Assembly: GCA_054661495.1 (NCBI GenBank)
Contig: BAAFSQ010000332.1
Span: 1-10,187 of the forward strand
Length of the DNA: 10,187 nt
Reading direction: 5' to 3'
Source of the DNA: Zygophlyctis sp. KS116
Lineage: Eukaryota > Fungi > Chytridiomycota
The position numbers were made by a program, and so were the translations under genes. The notes below the pieces were generated by a model. The model made no database searches, was not told the origin of the DNA, and saw only the letters and a list, made by a program, of their open reading frames with translations. Below, in pieces: positions 8,157 to 10,187 of this stretch (within the stretch, counting starts at the first letter, position 1; the number at the start of each line of letters is the position of its first letter).

Positions 8157-9287
8157 TCAAGGAATCTCTGAATATATGCTCAAAAATTCTTCCCATGCCT
8201 CAGCAATCTGTTTTTGTTTCCGTTCCAAACAGGCTTTGAATACATCAGGCTTTGTCACATGAACAAAAGTATGCATTATCAGCGAATTGTCTGTTTTAGT
8301 AGAACCTTCAATTAAGCGCCAAAATATCATATCGGCAGACTCTTGATTATATGCTACCACCGCAAGAATAACTTTATACCTTTCTTTGAATACAGGAGTA
8401 TCTGAAATCGAGACAATTTTTAGATTGAAAAGTGGTATAACAGTGTTCAACTGGGCATACCAACCATGAAGATCTCGCGACATTGCTAGTCTATTGTTTG
8501 GATCATTATCATATTCACCATATGATTCGGGGTTAGTTTCACAATCAGATGCAGATATCAAATGACAGCTTTCTGCTTTCCCAATAGGTCCAAATATTTC
8601 CAATTTTTCAATTCTTTGGTATTTGAACTCGTCACTTTTGTTATCGAATGTCGAAAATATTTCATAAACAACCGACAGTGGCTCCTCCAGTAAATCTAAT
8701 TCAATTGGGTTATAGTCATTGCTGAATATTCTATTTCCCAGTTGAAACGTCCCGCTTGTAACTTGAGCTGAAATTTTTAAATCTTTCATTGGAGACTGTA
8801 ACGTAATAGATCCATGAATCAACAAGCTTTGAAATTCAAGAGCTTTCTCTTCTGTTTTAAATAAAACATTGATTTTGAGGGGTTCACTAGATTCATCATA
8901 ATAAAAAGCAGGTTGATCCTGTTCATAATATGCCAATCGATTATCCGCATGAAGATACAACCAATTCAAGACTCCCTTAACGAATAGGGAATTTCCGATG
9001 GTGCCATAAACTTTCCATATAGGACCAGCATTCATAAGAATTGCATTAGGAATAGAACAGAGAATAAGAGGATTATTTCTAGAGTTTCCATTCAAACAAT
9101 CAGCAGGAGAGTCTCCATCAATTCCTGTAGTTCCGTCCGAATGAAAGAAAGTCGGTTGAGAGGCTGGCCCAGTGATTTCAAACTCCTTCTTTAAGCCAGA
9201 AATCACTTCGCAATCCTGAATAGAAACAATGCAGTTTGACGATGAATTTGGGCCTTGCATTTCGTTAGATTTGCGATTATTTTTCAT
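8157..9287 (-). CDS. Crinkler (CRN)-like protein: degenerate Ubl header + C-terminal HNH-like nuclease; intronless; start 9287 or 9260
   Basis: Header VSIQDCEV..LKKEFEITGPASQPTFFHSDGTT..GDSPADCLNGNSRNNPLIL resembles chytrid CRN N-termini. The C-terminus FKYQRIE..FGPIGKAESCHLIS..YDNDPNNRLAMSRDLHGWY..RYKV..RLIEGS..TFVHV..P..F..CL resembles oomycete/chytrid CRN HNH-type domains. Confidence 0.8.
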   Translation of the reverse strand: MKNNRKSNEMQGPNSSSNCIVSIQDCEVISGLKKEFEITGPASQPTFFHSDGTTGIDGDSPADCLNGNSRNNPLILCSIPNAILMNAGPIWKVYGTIGNSLFVKGVLNWLYLHADNRLAYYEQDQPAFYYDESSEPLKINVLFKTEEKALEFQSLLIHGSITLQSPMKDLKISAQVTSGTFQLGNRIFSNDYNPIELDLLEEPLSVVYEIFSTFDNKSDEFKYQRIEKLEIFGPIGKAESCHLISASDCETNPESYGEYDNDPNNRLAMSRDLHGWYAQLNTVIPLFNLKIVSISDTPVFKERYKVILAVVAYNQESADMIFWRLIEGSTKTDNSLIMHTFVHVTKPDVFKACLERKQKQIAEAWEEFLSIYSEIP

Positions 9288-9309
9288 TTTTTATCTTTAT
9301 TGAAACAAA

Positions 9310-10187
9310 ATGCCAAAGCGATTCCTCAATGTCGAATACTCTGGAAATAGAACCAGAATCGATGCCACTGACTTTGAAGACCTGAGTGAAGTACAGATAG
9401 CTGTCAAGGCAGCATATGTGGATGACGTTCCTGCTTCTCGGATTCAACTCTACGACCAGCAAGACCAGCTCATTACAGACTTGGACGACATTCCCAAAGA
9501 CTACTACAAGAAGTTGAAGGATGGCGGTCTCTCTCTTGTCATTCGCACATTACCACCGCCTCCCAGAAAGTCAAGAAGTAATGAGCTTTTTGCCGCAGGC
9601 TCGACCTCTTTCTCATCAGCAGAAGAAGACTTTTATCGTAAAAGACAACGTATTGAAATCAGTGACTTATCAACTCAATTGAAGTCTTTTGCGAACGCTC
9701 AGTTGGTTGAAGGATGCATTCCGTCTCAAGACCAACAAGAGCTGTTACCGTACCCTCAGGACAAGATCAAAAAACTCTACATCAGAAAGTGCTATCAAGA
9801 TGTCTTTGATCTACTCTTGGAACATATTGATCGTGGGTTAAAATCATTTGCAATATCTGGGACATCAGGCATTGGAAAGTCACTATTCTTTGTCTACATC
9901 TTGTATCGCTTGATGAATGACTTTCGCACGAAAACTCTATCTTTGAAGCCAAACCGGATTGTTTATCAAATTGGCTCCACTTATGAATGCTTTGACTTGC
10001 AACATCAAATCGTCTCCAGGACCGAGAAGCCTGATGCCGAGGGGTTGGTTCGAGAACAGGATACATTATACGTTATAGATGGTCGAAGTTCTGAGCCGCT
10101 GGTTTCGTCTTGTATTGTCTTATTTATATCATCTCCTCGGTCTGCGCAATACAAGGAATTCGTTAAACAAAAGATGGCCAAGGAATG
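9310..10187 (+). CDS. Crinkler/RHS (CR)-like protein: Ubl header + P-loop NTPase, 3' partial; absent from the ORF track
   Basis: Open frame from ATG 9310 to the window end (292 codons). It reads MPKRFLNVEYSGNRTRIDATDFEDLSEVQIAVKAAY..ASRIQLYDQQ..GGLSLVIRTLPPPP, then basic RKRQR, KLYIRKCYQDVF, Walker A GTSGIGKS (9859-9882), Walker B LYVIDG (10066-10083) and VLFISSPR..YKEFVK. Confidence 0.88.
   Translation, partial: MPKRFLNVEYSGNRTRIDATDFEDLSEVQIAVKAAYVDDVPASRIQLYDQQDQLITDLDDIPKDYYKKLKDGGLSLVIRTLPPPPRKSRSNELFAAGSTSFSSAEEDFYRKRQRIEISDLSTQLKSFANAQLVEGCIPSQDQQELLPYPQDKIKKLYIRKCYQDVFDLLLEHIDRGLKSFAISGTSGIGKSLFFVYILYRLMNDFRTKTLSLKPNRIVYQIGSTYECFDLQHQIVSRTEKPDAEGLVREQDTLYVIDGRSSEPLVSSCIVLFISSPRSAQYKEFVKQKMAKE

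Noticed and set aside
9277-10066. Minus ORFs 9277-9462 and 9782-10066
   Set aside because: Antisense to the clear plus-strand CRN-NTPase CDS.
8100-10187. Calling the CRN block a mobile element
   Set aside because: No terminal repeats, target-site duplication, transposase or RT are visible, and the right boundary is outside the window. Kept only as a hypothesis.

Overview
This is AT-rich, very compact eukaryotic DNA, most likely from an early-diverging (chytrid-like) fungus; that assignment is inferred from gene content. The ORF track is fragmented because genes carry tiny GT-AG introns: I rebuilt 15 by hand, all 24-31 nt. From left to right the window holds: a decayed F-box/ankyrin gene (-); a mitochondrial NAD+ carrier (+, 1 intron); SCAI (-, 9 introns) with a 9-bp x5 repeat and an ACGCGT box upstream; a DUF5923/DUF4449-type BPI/TULIP-like gene (-, 4 introns); a GRAM-VASt-like-TM gene and a short GRAM paralog (-) with a Kelch-like relic between them; and a second decayed ORF. 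At the right end are two intronless Crinkler-like (CRN) genes head-to-head with only 22-49 bp between start codons: a Ubl-header HNH nuclease (-) and a Ubl-header P-loop NTPase (+, missing from the ORF track, runs off the window). The best leads are the divergent CRN pair, a candidate 26-nt intron that would fuse the GRAM/VASt and DUF4449 genes, and the unusual micro-intron grammar. All family calls come from motif recognition, not database searches.
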